Origin: Candidatus Saccharimonadales bacterium | GTDB taxonomy: Bacteria > Patescibacteriota > Saccharimonadia > Saccharimonadales > JAXHNE01 | Assembly: GCA_038316995.1 (NCBI GenBank) | Contig: JBBQAZ010000002.1 | Span: 19-64,018 of the forward strand | Length of the DNA stretch: 64,000 bases | Direction: 5' to 3' | Part shown: positions 1 through 9,993 of the stretch, piece by piece | Layout of the letters: each line of letters opens with the position of its first letter | How positions within the stretch are numbered: the first letter of the stretch is position 1 | Position numbers and translations under genes: made by a program | The notes under the pieces: model-generated | Told to the model about the DNA's origin: nothing | Seen by the model: only the letters and a program-made list of their open reading frames with translations | Database searches by the model: none

Positions 1-681
1 GATATTGTCGATATCATAACTGATGTGATTGATGTTGTTCCGGAAAATGCAGTCATTGCCATAAGCTCAAAAATCGTTGCAATAGCCGAGGGTTCTGTCG
101 TTTTGAAAACCTATGACAAAGAAGCGCTTATTGCTAAAGAAGCGGAATATTTGTTAGATCCCAAGAATAGTAAGTACGGTCATCACTTTACTATAAAACA
201 TCACACGTTAGTTGGGGCTGCCGGGATTGATGATTCTAACGGCGGGGAATATCATGTTTTGCTAACACGTAATCCACAACAAAGCGCCAATTATTTAAGA
301 GAAAAGCTTACTGAGCACTTCGGAGTGCCTGTAGGCATTGTAATAACTGACAGTGTGTCTGTGCCGTTGCAGCGAGGTGCTTCGGGCGCTCTGCTAGCCC
401 ACAGTGGCTTCATTGCGCTAAAAGACTACATTGGCAAGGAGGACTTGTTTGGCGACGTTTTTAAAGTAAGTATGGCGAATAGAGCGCAAGGCATAGCTGC
501 TACGGCAAATTTAGTCATGGGCGAGGGCACAGAACAAACGCCACTGGTTGTTGTGTCCGAAATTCCAAATTTAAAACTTACGAATCAAAATCCGACAGAA
601 ACCGAGCTCCGCGAGCTGTACCCAAGACTAGAAGATGATCTTTTCGAACCGTTTTGGCGAGCTGTTGGCTGGATTAAATAA
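1..681 (+). CDS. CofE-like F420-0:gamma-glutamyl ligase family protein (5' end probably outside window)
   Basis: Frame is open from base 1 through the GTG at 25. Motifs ISSKIVAIAEG, GIDDSNGG, ITDS..PLQRG and MGEGTEQTPLVVV resemble the CofE fold. Confidence 0.55.
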   Translation, partial: DIVDIITDVIDVVPENAVIAISSKIVAIAEGSVVLKTYDKEALIAKEAEYLLDPKNSKYGHHFTIKHHTLVGAAGIDDSNGGEYHVLLTRNPQQSANYLREKLTEHFGVPVGIVITDSVSVPLQRGASGALLAHSGFIALKDYIGKEDLFGDVFKVSMANRAQGIAATANLVMGEGTEQTPLVVVSEIPNLKLTNQNPTETELRELYPRLEDDLFEPFWRAVGWIK

Positions 682-888
682 AAAGAAAAGAGCCCCTTTT
701 TAATGGAGCTCCCTTCTTTTGATTTTTGGTTTGCTGGCCTGTAAACAGCAAAGCAATAATAGCTTAACCCTCCGAGACCATACCACCAGGCTACGCTTTT
801 GATATGAAGGCGTCAAGTGCAACTTAAGCATTATTAGGTCCCACTGATAAACGATAAGTTGACATGTTATAGTAGGCCTATTGTGAAT

Positions 889-1371
889 ATGCTAAAAAGT
901 ACTGTTGCTGTTTTTGGGTTTGTTATTTTTCTGACTACTCCAGTGTCTGCTCAGCAAATTACTTCTACGACCGTACCGGAAACAAGGAACCCTCAGTCAA
1001 CCCAGACAGAGATTATAAAAAGTGAAAGTGGCGTGCAACAGTCTCCTGACTCTTTGCTTTTAAAATCAAATAGTGTCATTAGTTTTGATGGTGGAAAAGC
1101 GCTTCCAGCTCCAGAAGAAAATTCTTCAAGCTCGATAGCTTGGTGGGTGTGGATAAGCGGTATTATTTGTGCCTTTATCGCGGGGTTAGTAATAACTGCT
1201 TTGCTACAGGGTGACGTTGAGTATCAAAAGATGCCAACAGAAAAAAATTTCACGAATAGCCCAAAAAAAATAGCTGACAAGAAAGCACTAACTGACTCGT
1301 CACCGAAACCTAAGACGTCAAGGCCGACTAAAAAGAAAAAACGCAGGACAAAATCTAAGAAAAAACGCTAA
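889..1371 (+). CDS. hypothetical secreted/membrane protein with Lys-rich C-terminal tail
   Basis: ORF 859-1371. The ATG at 889 opens a signal-peptide-like MLKSTVAVFGFVIFLTTPVSA. There is a second TM helix and a KKKKRRTKSKKKR tail. Confidence 0.5.
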   Translation: MLKSTVAVFGFVIFLTTPVSAQQITSTTVPETRNPQSTQTEIIKSESGVQQSPDSLLLKSNSVISFDGGKALPAPEENSSSSIAWWVWISGIICAFIAGLVITALLQGDVEYQKMPTEKNFTNSPKKIADKKALTDSSPKPKTSRPTKKKKRRTKSKKKR

Positions 1372-1547
1372 GGCTTAAGGTTTTTACCTGCAGGCTGTGG
1401 ATTATCGGTATTTATGTTTATCTGGTCAAGGTAATTGTCGTTTGGACCTGAGTTATGGGTTTTATTTATGCCAATTACAACCATTGCAATAAGTAGAAAT
1501 CCTAAGATTAAGAAGAGAGCTACTATGGGTTTTGGAAGTTCTTTCAT
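1368..1547 (-). CDS. small (59 aa) single-pass membrane protein, hypothetical
   Basis: Hand translation gives MKELPKPIVALFLILGFLLIAMVVIGINKTH...NLKP*, just below the ORF-track cutoff. It has one clear TM helix but no obvious SD. It fills an otherwise empty gap. Confidence 0.25.
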   Translation of the reverse strand: MKELPKPIVALFLILGFLLIAMVVIGINKTHNSGPNDNYLDQININTDNPQPAGKNLKP

Positions 1548-1610
1548 CTATATTTTAATATCTTTGCGTTACAGTATTTGATACACTTAAGCGTAAGTAT
1601 AAAAGATTTT

Positions 1611-3836
1611 ATGGCAAAGAAAAAGCAATCAATTCCTCCAGAGGATAAAGAAGAGAAAGCTCTTGAAGAAAAGATCAAGAAAATGCTTGATCCAAGAGAG
1701 CCTGACGCACCTAAAATAGAGGTTGTTGAAGACGCCCTAGAAGATGATGGTGATATGGGGCTGCCAACAAAAATTGAGATAAAAGAAGACGGTATAAAAG
1801 AAACAGCAAAAGCCACTAAAACCGAAGAACCAAGGAGTGCCCCAGAGGTCAATTCAAAAAAAATTAAAATAACTCACCACGACGAAGATGAAGACATTCA
1901 AGTGCCTGAAATAAAAGATGAAATCGAGGAAAAAGGTTTAGCTGAAGTCGATGAGTCTAGCGAACCCGAAGATGATGTTAGTCAGGAAAACGCTGAAGAT
2001 ATTGAAGATATCGCTGCGCTTAAGGAAAAGGACTTAGTAGAGGATGTATCTGAAGATAGCCCAAATGACGAAGATATAGAAGGCGTTTCATCAGAAGAAA
2101 TTGAAGATATTGAGACTAGCGAAGAAGACTCTATTCCAGAAAAGTCTGACAGATCACTTGATGAAGCTGTAGATGATATTGCCAAAGCAGAAAGTGACAA
2201 ATTACTAGAAGAAGACGATGATAAAATTGCTCAAGCTTCTGCTGAAAAGAAACCAAGCTTAAAGTCTCGATTTGCTAGCTTTTTTAAATCCTGGTGGCGG
2301 AATAAACCTGCGCGCTACCTAACTATTCTTGCCTTGCTGCTCGGGATTGCTGCTGTAGCAATTATTCCAAATTCACGTTACTTTTTACTCAATACTTTTG
2401 GAGTAAGAAGCGCGGCTTCGATTAAAATTATCGACGAAAGCACCTTGCAACCATTAAAGAATGTAACGATAGAGATTAACGGAGTAGAAGCGCTTACAAA
2501 TAAAGAGGGTGTTGCAGTCCTTGAGAATATTCGTCTTGGTAGAACCAACTTAAAAATACAAAAACGAGCATTCAGGGTGATTGAAAAGGACATGACCGTT
2601 GGATGGGGCAGTAACCCATTAAGTGATGAGCAGCTAACACCTGTCGGTACTCAGTATAGTTTTGTGGTAGTAGACTTTGTGTCTGAAAAGCCAGTACAAG
2701 GTGTTGAGGTAATAAATGGCGATGCAAGCGCACTATCGAACGAAAAAGGCGAGATCAAGCTAACGCTGGATATGCCAGAAGATGTATTTGAAGTTCAGAT
2801 ATTTGGGGATGGATATCGTGTCGAGAATCTAGAAATTAATGCGGACGAACTCAAAACTTACGATGTACAACTAGCTCCTGAAAAGAAACATGTGTATATG
2901 TCTCGCAGGAATGGTACTTTTGACGTGTATGCGGCATATGCCGACGGAAAGGACGAGAAGTTGTTGTTGGCTGGTACAGGATCAGAAAGAGACGATATTG
3001 CCCTCATCCCGCATCCATCGCGTCCGATTGCCGCGCTTGTGTCTACTAGGAGTGGTTCGCGCAATAGCGATGGGTATCAGCTGAGCTCACTAACAGTTAT
3101 AGATGTTGAGAATCCCGATGAACCAAAAACTGTTATCGAGTCTGAAAGAATTCAAGTTATTGGCTGGCAAAATGAACGACTTATTTTCGTCCAAATTAAG
3201 TCAGGTACCAGCGCGGTAAATCCAGAACGTCACCAACTAAAGACATACAATATTGAGCAAAATACGACTGCCGAGATTGCAAATGCAAACTACTTTAATG
3301 ATGTCATGCTAGCAAACGGGCTGCTTCTTTATGCTCCTTCTAGTGCTTACGCAAAAACTCCATCTGGCTTATTTAGAATTAATCCCGATGGTTCGGATAA
3401 GCAAGTTGTTCACGCCGAGGAAGTTTGGAGCATGTTCAGATCCTCGTACGACAATGTGACGTTTACCACTGGTAAAGACTGGTTTGATTTTAATATTGAC
3501 AGTAAATACACTGATCAATTACAAGGTCAGCCGACAGAGTTTAAATCGCGTGTTTACGTATCTAGCCCAGATGGCTCAAATAGTTTGTGGGTTGATCAAA
3601 GAGATGGAAAAGGTACGGTGCTTTCATATTCACTTAATGAAAGTGCAGAAAAGACTGTCGTAGAGCGTGGTGGTCTACAACTACCAGTCGGGTGGCTAAA
3701 CAATACAACTATTGTATTTAGAGTAAAGACTGAGTCTGAAATTGCAGATTATGTAGTCAATATTGATGGCGGAGAACCTAAAAAGCTAGCAGATGTAACA
3801 AATGCAGCTGGACTTGACCGCTGGTATTATTACTAA
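1611..3836 (+). CDS. membrane-anchored protein: acidic low-complexity N-terminus, one TM helix, Ig/carboxypeptidase-regulatory-like and beta-propeller-like ectodomain
   Basis: ORF 1578-3836; the ATG at 1611 (MAKKKQS) is preferred. About 200 aa of E/D-rich sequence precede TM ARYLTILALLLGIAAVAIIP. The C-terminal part has TolB-like repeat character. Confidence 0.6.
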   Translation: MAKKKQSIPPEDKEEKALEEKIKKMLDPREPDAPKIEVVEDALEDDGDMGLPTKIEIKEDGIKETAKATKTEEPRSAPEVNSKKIKITHHDEDEDIQVPEIKDEIEEKGLAEVDESSEPEDDVSQENAEDIEDIAALKEKDLVEDVSEDSPNDEDIEGVSSEEIEDIETSEEDSIPEKSDRSLDEAVDDIAKAESDKLLEEDDDKIAQASAEKKPSLKSRFASFFKSWWRNKPARYLTILALLLGIAAVAIIPNSRYFLLNTFGVRSAASIKIIDESTLQPLKNVTIEINGVEALTNKEGVAVLENIRLGRTNLKIQKRAFRVIEKDMTVGWGSNPLSDEQLTPVGTQYSFVVVDFVSEKPVQGVEVINGDASALSNEKGEIKLTLDMPEDVFEVQIFGDGYRVENLEINADELKTYDVQLAPEKKHVYMSRRNGTFDVYAAYADGKDEKLLLAGTGSERDDIALIPHPSRPIAALVSTRSGSRNSDGYQLSSLTVIDVENPDEPKTVIESERIQVIGWQNERLIFVQIKSGTSAVNPERHQLKTYNIEQNTTAEIANANYFNDVMLANGLLLYAPSSAYAKTPSGLFRINPDGSDKQVVHAEEVWSMFRSSYDNVTFTTGKDWFDFNIDSKYTDQLQGQPTEFKSRVYVSSPDGSNSLWVDQRDGKGTVLSYSLNESAEKTVVERGGLQLPVGWLNNTTIVFRVKTESEIADYVVNIDGGEPKKLADVTNAAGLDRWYYY

Positions 3837-3897
3837 ACACTAATAAGACGCCCAACTCTCCTCAGTTATACCTGTTTAAAGATTAGAGACTCGTGAC

Positions 3898-4737
3898 TTA
3901 CTTTAGTGTGGCTATAGTCATTTTTCCGTCACTGCGTAAATGTGACCGGAAGACTCGATTGCGTAATCTGTAGGCTTCGCCAACGGTAACTTTTCGAGTT
4001 TTTAGGACTTTTTTGGCCTTTTTAAGTGTATGAATAATCAGATCACGTTCGGCATCGGTATCTGGGTGGACGCTATGGGTAAACTGGGCGTTATGTTTTA
4101 TGAACCCAATCCCAATGTCGCGCGATGCAGCACCAATCCAAAGTTGCCCCTGTTTTGTACGCCGTTTTTTTCCGTGGACTAAGCGGTCCCAGAAATCTAA
4201 ATGTTCGCGCTGCTCACTCGTAAGGGTTGGCTCGGCCATCCAAAAACGCACATGATGTCTTGCATTTGGACTATCTCCTATCGGCAACTGAAATCCAAGA
4301 TCTTGTTTACGACCAAAAAGGTATAAATAGCTAAACGGGGCATTTAAGTATCTTTGTTGAAATGTTACCGAGTAAATCATTCGACCGATTGACTTTAGCG
4401 TTCGCCTATCAGCTAGGTGCCAGCCTGCAGCTAACATTGCATCTTGAACTTGAGTTTTAGTGCCAACTAAACCGATATTTATTGGATCTGATGCAAATCC
4501 ATCTGACGTAATACAGTAATGAGGAATGTGTTTAGGGCGCAAAATAATACGGAGCAAGCGCAGTAACGCAGGAATAAGTATGTATGCAGCTAAAATGTAT
4601 CCAAGTAGAACAGCAATGGGCAGAGGCACACGCCGGTCAAAAAATGGTACAACGTCTGTCGTCGCAAAGTAAGCACCAATTAATCCAGGCAGCAAAACAA
4701 CAAAACGCTTAAAATATCTAGCAAACTTATGAATCAT
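3898..4737 (-). CDS. LssY C-terminal-like domain membrane protein
   Basis: Two N-terminal TM helices, then DPINIGLVG...ARHHVRFW, typical of the LssY_C family as I remember it. Confidence 0.5.
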   Translation of the reverse strand: MIHKFARYFKRFVVLLPGLIGAYFATTDVVPFFDRRVPLPIAVLLGYILAAYILIPALLRLLRIILRPKHIPHYCITSDGFASDPINIGLVGTKTQVQDAMLAAGWHLADRRTLKSIGRMIYSVTFQQRYLNAPFSYLYLFGRKQDLGFQLPIGDSPNARHHVRFWMAEPTLTSEQREHLDFWDRLVHGKKRRTKQGQLWIGAASRDIGIGFIKHNAQFTHSVHPDTDAERDLIIHTLKKAKKVLKTRKVTVGEAYRLRNRVFRSHLRSDGKMTIATLK

Positions 4738-4819
4738 TAGTAGTAGGATACAATGAAACCCTTGAAAAATGTCAAAACTAAAATTTTCAAACTGATTATG
4801 CTAAAATCAGTTAAAGCCC

Positions 4820-5272
4820 ATGGAAGAAAATAAAACCGCAGAAAAAACTCCACCAGTAACTGATGAAAGTACACCTTTACTTCCAGATGCGTCTTCAACA
4901 GGTGCTGAGTTTTCTGATGGTAACAAATCCACGGACGCTGTAGTGGTTCCTCCTGTAGAAGCGGAAGTGGTTGCAGAGACAACTACTGATCAAAACGAGC
5001 TTGTTCAATCACATCCAGAAGAACCTAAGCCAGCTCCGTCAACCGACGTCGCAGATACACCTCCGAAGTCAGAAACATTGAATAAACTAACAGACCTTGC
5101 ATCTATAGAATCAGAAGTTGCCGCCCCACAAACCCAGTCAAAAGACCAGGGGACCCATCGTTCCAAGATAAATCAGCCTTCTGGTGGCAGGGGACTTGCG
5201 ATATTAGTCGTTTTAATTGGCGCTAGCTTAAGTGTATTCGTACTATTCGTATATTTTTCAACTAATAAATAA
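4820..5272 (+). CDS. tail-anchored Pro/Thr/Glu-rich hypothetical protein
   Basis: 150-aa ORF with a low-complexity N-terminal part and one C-terminal TM helix (LAILVVLIGASLSVFVLFVYF). Confidence 0.45.
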   Translation: MEENKTAEKTPPVTDESTPLLPDASSTGAEFSDGNKSTDAVVVPPVEAEVVAETTTDQNELVQSHPEEPKPAPSTDVADTPPKSETLNKLTDLASIESEVAAPQTQSKDQGTHRSKINQPSGGRGLAILVVLIGASLSVFVLFVYFSTNK

Positions 5273-5331
5273 CCTGTTTTAATAGATAATTTCATAACAA
5301 ATACTAAATATATAAGCGTATACTGATTATT

Positions 5332-5940
5332 GTGGAGCCAATAGTATTCGTCAATGAAGCAGGCGTGCCAACTGGAGCAACTGCGCCAAAGCTAGAAAGT
5401 CACAATGAAGAGACAGAACTTCATCTGGCATTTTCTTGCTATATTTTTAACGAAAAAGGTGAAATCTTGGCCACAAAACGAGCAGCAAAAAAGAAAGTAT
5501 GGCCCGGATTTTGGACTAATTCTACATGCGGCCACCCACTTCCTGGTGAACATCTGAGCGATGCAGTCAGACGCAGAGCTCAATTTGAACTAGGGATGAG
5601 CATAAAGGACCTCAAGGTGGTACTACAAGACTATCGCTATACTACTCCAGCCTACAATGGAATTATAGAAAACGAGTTCTGCCCAGTTTTTTTGGCACGA
5701 GCAGACTCGGTGCCATTACTTAATTCAGAAGAAGTTTCAGATTACGCATGGATGCAGTGGGAACACTACCTAAAAAAACTTGAAAATGATCCTAACACGT
5801 ATGAACAATTTGCTATAAATGACGGTCAATCTGATCCGAATATTGAGCGACCGGAGTGGTCTTGGTGGTGCAAAGATCAACTCAAACTCCTAAAAGACAA
5901 CGAAACCTTATTAAGCTACACAAGGCCAACTATTTCTTAG
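5332..5940 (+). CDS. idi: isopentenyl-diphosphate delta-isomerase, type 1 (Nudix fold)
   Basis: LHLAFSCYIFNEKGEILATKRA..KKVWPGFWTNSTCGHPLPGE and NEFCPVFLARA match type-1 IDI signature regions. Confidence 0.8.
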   Translation: MEPIVFVNEAGVPTGATAPKLESHNEETELHLAFSCYIFNEKGEILATKRAAKKKVWPGFWTNSTCGHPLPGEHLSDAVRRRAQFELGMSIKDLKVVLQDYRYTTPAYNGIIENEFCPVFLARADSVPLLNSEEVSDYAWMQWEHYLKKLENDPNTYEQFAINDGQSDPNIERPEWSWWCKDQLKLLKDNETLLSYTRPTIS

Positions 5941-6784
5941 GTTTTGTTGCTTGCCCTTGGTGCACAACGCGTTGAGGGAATGGTATTTCGATGCCTTCAG
6001 CGTCAAAGGCTTTTTTAAGTCGTTTGCGTAGTTCGCCAGTAACAGACCATTGCTTCATTGGCGCTACAGCACCGGTTACCTTAATTATAATTGCAGAATC
6101 GGCAAATTCATCTACACGTAAAAACTGCGGTGATTCAATAATCTTGTCAACCCAAATTTCATCCTTAGCTAGCTCACTACCAACTCTATTTATCAGTACT
6201 TCAAGTTTATCTAGGTCGGTGCTATAGCCAACGCCTATGTCAAGGTTCACGTTTGCATATTCCATAGTCATATTTGAAGCGTAATTTATGAAACCGTTAG
6301 GAATATGGTGAACAACACCATCAAGATCACGCAAAGCCGTTTCGCGTAGTGAAACATGTTTAACCTGTCCCGTAACAGTTCCATTGATACTTACAATATC
6401 GCCGACCCGATACTGGTTCTCTATTAGTATAAAAATTCCAGATAGAAAATCTTTAACTAGTGATTGTGCACCAAATCCAAGTGCAACTCCCAGAACTCCG
6501 GCTCCAGCGAGTAACGGAGCAATATTTACTCCGAGTATGCCAAGCAGTAACAATCCACCAATAATCCACAGTCCAACGCGGATAGATGCCCCAATTACAG
6601 AAATAAGTGTATCTTCACGTTGTTTTTCTTCTGCTTTAGTTTTGTAGTGGTCGGGCTTAATTGCTCTTCGAACTAAGCGCCCAACGATAATCATGGTGAA
6701 TTTTCTAACAACATAAAGTGTGAGTAGCGTAAATAGTGTTGCAACCCAGTGCTCACTAATAAAACTTTGTGTGTTATCGAACAT
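5930..6784 (-). CDS. small-conductance mechanosensitive channel (MscS family)
   Basis: TM helices followed by GFGAQSLVKDFLSGIFILIENQYRVGDIV, the MscS pore-helix/beta-domain signature. ATG at 6784 preferred over TTG at 6802. Confidence 0.8.
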   Translation of the reverse strand: MFDNTQSFISEHWVATLFTLLTLYVVRKFTMIIVGRLVRRAIKPDHYKTKAEEKQREDTLISVIGASIRVGLWIIGGLLLLGILGVNIAPLLAGAGVLGVALGFGAQSLVKDFLSGIFILIENQYRVGDIVSINGTVTGQVKHVSLRETALRDLDGVVHHIPNGFINYASNMTMEYANVNLDIGVGYSTDLDKLEVLINRVGSELAKDEIWVDKIIESPQFLRVDEFADSAIIIKVTGAVAPMKQWSVTGELRKRLKKAFDAEGIEIPFPQRVVHQGQATKPKK

Positions 6785-6830
6785 ATATGACCAGTATAAC
6801 AACCATAAGCCGAGATGCTAGAATAATCTT

Positions 6831-7421
6831 ATGCAGGTGTATAAAACACTCCTAGAAGTAGAAGATCAATTAAAAAACGGAAAAGTTGGCGTTATTCCAA
6901 CCGACACTATCTATGGTTTAGTCGCGTCTGCAGGTAATCAGGCAGCTGTAGAACGAATATATGATTTGAAACAGCGACAAGGCAAGCCAGGTACGATTAT
7001 TGCAGCATCAATCGACCAACTTGTAGAGCTTGGTCTCAAAAGACGTTACCTTAGTGCTGTTGAGGATTTTTGGCCTGGGGCAATCAGTGTTGAAATCCCG
7101 CATAAAATTAACTATCTGCATCAAGGAACTTTCCGACAAGCAGTTAGGATTCCTGATGTAAAACCGCTACTTGATCTTTTGCGAAAGACTGGTCCCCTAC
7201 AAACATCAAGTAGTAACATTACTGGTCAGCCCAGCGCAACAACAATTAATCAGGCAAAAGAGTATTTTGGAGACAATGTTGATTTTTATGTTGATGGCGG
7301 TGATTTGAGCAGTAGAGAGCCCTCAACTGTTATTAGAATAGTTGATGATGCCGTTGAAGTGATTCGCTCAGGCGCCGTCAAAATAAACGAAAATACAGGG
7401 AAAATAGAACTAGATTCCTAG
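6831..7421 (+). CDS. tsaC: L-threonylcarbamoyladenylate synthase (TsaC/YrdC/Sua5 family)
   Basis: GKVGVIPTDTIYGLVASA, SSSNITGQPSAT and PSTVIRI motifs of the YrdC domain. Confidence 0.75.
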   Translation: MQVYKTLLEVEDQLKNGKVGVIPTDTIYGLVASAGNQAAVERIYDLKQRQGKPGTIIAASIDQLVELGLKRRYLSAVEDFWPGAISVEIPHKINYLHQGTFRQAVRIPDVKPLLDLLRKTGPLQTSSSNITGQPSATTINQAKEYFGDNVDFYVDGGDLSSREPSTVIRIVDDAVEVIRSGAVKINENTGKIELDS

Positions 7422-8677
7422 AATTTCTTTCTAAGCCATTCATCCAAACTACCACCCCCGCCTGCAGTTAGGCACAGAACTAATTTTCCATTTTCTACAT
7501 CTGCTTCTAGTGCCTTAGCTAGTTTGTAGTCTAAATCGCTTGGAATTCGTTCTTCAGGTGCCGTGATTAATTCGCAGAGCTTATCGGGCGTTAGGAGCTC
7601 AAGCGATTCGTCTTCTCTTGCAAGGTAACTTGGGACAATATAGAGCTTGTGGGTGCCTGCGAATAGATTTTTCAGCTGTTCCTTAATAAAATGCTGGCGA
7701 GTGTTGTGAAGTCCTTCGTAGACGACCACAACGCTATTTCCGGCAACTTCGTGAGCTAATTGAAGCGCTCCCTGTATTTTTTCTGGAGTGTGGGCATAAT
7801 CTGTGTAGATATTTTCAGAAATCTTTTCAAACCTGCGGGACACTCCGGGAAATTTATTTATATGTTCTATGAGCAATTCAATGGGACTTCCTGTAAGTCG
7901 GTGCAATGAGTCGACAACTAGCTGAGCATTCTGTCTGTTTACTAGCCCTGGTAGCGTTATATCTCCTATAAAATCATCAATTGGACTGCCTTCGACTCCA
8001 ATTTTGGACAAATCTTTAGGATGAGCAATGACGTTTTCACTTTGGGAGATGAAATCACGGAAAGCCTGATTATATGATTCCTGTGTTGGATAAATATCAG
8101 GGTGATCGTAGGCTATGCCCGGGATAATTGATATAAACGGCTTGAATTGTAAGAAATTTCGGTCAAATTCATCAGCTTCGTACACAAAATATTCGCTTTC
8201 AGGCTCAAACACACCCATTTCACCATATGAAATCTTTGCTCCAACAGAGTAGCTTACTGGTATATCAAGCTGTTTGAATAACCATATTATCATAGCGGTG
8301 GTGGTGGTTTTGCCGTGCGTGCCAGATACAGCAACCATTTTCAGGTTTTTATCTGCAATTATCTGGTTAATTAGCTCGTCCCGTTTACTAGTTTTTATAT
8401 TGTTCTCTTGGCAAAATATTAGTTCTGGAGCGTTAGGGTTTTCTATTGTTACGGCAGAAGAATGCACAAACCAGTCGATTGGCTTGTTTTTGTGAATTTC
8501 TGCAATCTGATTTCTTTCTTGCCCAATGTGGATTGTATTTACTCCCTGGGAAATAAGGTAGGCAATGTAGTCAGAATTTTGTTTGTCCGAACCAGAAACT
8601 TCATAACCAGCTTGGCGAGCGATAAGTGCAAGCGGACCGATTGCGGTCCCACCAATGCCACTAAAGTAAATATGCAT
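7418..8677 (-). CDS. murC: UDP-N-acetylmuramate--L-alanine ligase (Mur ligase family; Mpl not excluded)
   Basis: N-terminal IYFSGIGGTAIGPLA Rossmann motif and P-loop VSGTHGKTTTTAMI. ATG at 8677 (MHIYFSG) preferred over the upstream start in an AT-rich repeat. Confidence 0.65.
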   Translation of the reverse strand: MHIYFSGIGGTAIGPLALIARQAGYEVSGSDKQNSDYIAYLISQGVNTIHIGQERNQIAEIHKNKPIDWFVHSSAVTIENPNAPELIFCQENNIKTSKRDELINQIIADKNLKMVAVSGTHGKTTTTAMIIWLFKQLDIPVSYSVGAKISYGEMGVFEPESEYFVYEADEFDRNFLQFKPFISIIPGIAYDHPDIYPTQESYNQAFRDFISQSENVIAHPKDLSKIGVEGSPIDDFIGDITLPGLVNRQNAQLVVDSLHRLTGSPIELLIEHINKFPGVSRRFEKISENIYTDYAHTPEKIQGALQLAHEVAGNSVVVVYEGLHNTRQHFIKEQLKNLFAGTHKLYIVPSYLAREDESLELLTPDKLCELITAPEERIPSDLDYKLAKALEADVENGKLVLCLTAGGGGSLDEWLRKKF

Positions 8678-8685
8678 AAAGTTAA

Positions 8686-8718
8686 GTATAAAGTTAAAAA
8701 GTATAAAGTTAAAAAGTA
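8686..8718. repeat. 15-bp tandem repeat gtataaagttaaaaa x2 plus partial copy
   Basis: Read directly at 8686-8700 and 8701-8715, then gta. Lies in the divergent murC/MFS promoter region. Confidence 0.9.
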
Positions 8719-8781
8719 ATTGCAAGTGCTGGCTAATAACAGGGATGTGTTAAACTTATTAATGAAAATAGAAAAATAAAT

Positions 8782-9993
8782 ATGCTCAAAAAATTAATTC
8801 ATAAAGCACTCCTCAAACAGCATTTTTGGCGTCATTCGACGTTTGATGAGCTTAGTGAAGTCTATGTATCTATGGCGTTTCGTGGTTTTGCGCTGGGCAT
8901 GATTGGTATTTTCGTGCCAGTTTATATCCTTGAACTTGGCTACGGTCTGTCGACATTACTGTTGTTTTTTGCAATTTATTTCGGAGCAAGAGTTTTTACA
9001 GATATCTTGGCAGCATTTACAACAGCACGGCTTGGTCCAAAACATACACTGTTGATTGGTTATATTTTGCAGATTTTGGCAGCAGGTACATTTGCACTCG
9101 TAGATATAATAGGGTTTCCTTTGTTTGCTTCTGCACCGCTGTGGGGGGCGTCAGCAAGCTTCACTTTTATAGCGCTGCACGTTGATTTCTCTAAGATAAA
9201 ACATACTGAGCACGGTGGAAAAGAACTTGGTTTTCTTAATGTTGTAGAGCGAATAGGGGGAATGATTGGTCCGCTTGCCGGTGGTGTACTTGCCACTTTT
9301 CTTGGTGCTCCTATTTTATTTGTGGTATCAGTTTTTGTATTAATGCTTGGCCTTATTCCATTATTTCGTACTCAAGAACCCGTAAAAACAAAGCAAAAAC
9401 TAACCTATAGGAAGCTTGAGATTCAGCACATTAAGCGTGACTTTATATCAGGAGCGTTCTTTTACCTAGAAAACACACTTTGCGTTGTGCTTTGGCCTGC
9501 GTTTTTAGTTCTTTTTGTATTTGCCGATAATGTATATGGAACAATAGGGGCTTTAGCTTCAGTCGGCTTTTTCGTATCACTACTTTCTGCTTACCTGACA
9601 GGTAAGCTGGTTGATAATAAACGTGGAGGGCTCCTGCTTAAGGTTACTACCATCGGAAATGCCTGTGTCTATATAATGCGGCCGTTTGTGCAGGGTGTCG
9701 TTGGGGTGCTAGGGATTAACATATTAAATGATTCACTTACTGTCGGGTATAGAATTACTTACATAAAAGGATTGTATGATGCCGCAGATCAACATCCGGG
9801 CCTTAGAATTGTATACCTTAGTAGTATGGAAGCGTTTGGGAGTATAGTGAAATTCTTTGTATGGATTCAACTTTACATACTTTCTACATTCTTTTCTGAT
9901 TATCAAGTTATTACATTGGGTTTCGCTGTCGCGGCAATCAGTTCGTTAGCAATAAATATTCAAAAGTTTAGTTCGTTAAAAGGAAAAATATGA
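8782..9993 (+). CDS. MFS transporter
   Basis: 403 aa with about 12 predicted TM helices in two halves joined by a cytoplasmic loop (RTQEPVKTKQKLTYRK). Stop TGA overlaps the next start (ATGA). Confidence 0.7.
   Translation: MLKKLIHKALLKQHFWRHSTFDELSEVYVSMAFRGFALGMIGIFVPVYILELGYGLSTLLLFFAIYFGARVFTDILAAFTTARLGPKHTLLIGYILQILAAGTFALVDIIGFPLFASAPLWGASASFTFIALHVDFSKIKHTEHGGKELGFLNVVERIGGMIGPLAGGVLATFLGAPILFVVSVFVLMLGLIPLFRTQEPVKTKQKLTYRKLEIQHIKRDFISGAFFYLENTLCVVLWPAFLVLFVFADNVYGTIGALASVGFFVSLLSAYLTGKLVDNKRGGLLLKVTTIGNACVYIMRPFVQGVVGVLGINILNDSLTVGYRITYIKGLYDAADQHPGLRIVYLSSMEAFGSIVKFFVWIQLYILSTFFSDYQVITLGFAVAAISSLAINIQKFSSLKGKI

Noticed and set aside
1544-2200. Ser-rich minus-strand ORFs (102 aa and 72 aa) opposite the acidic region of the 1611-3836 gene.
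   Set aside because: They are antisense shadows of GAA/GAT-rich coding sequence.
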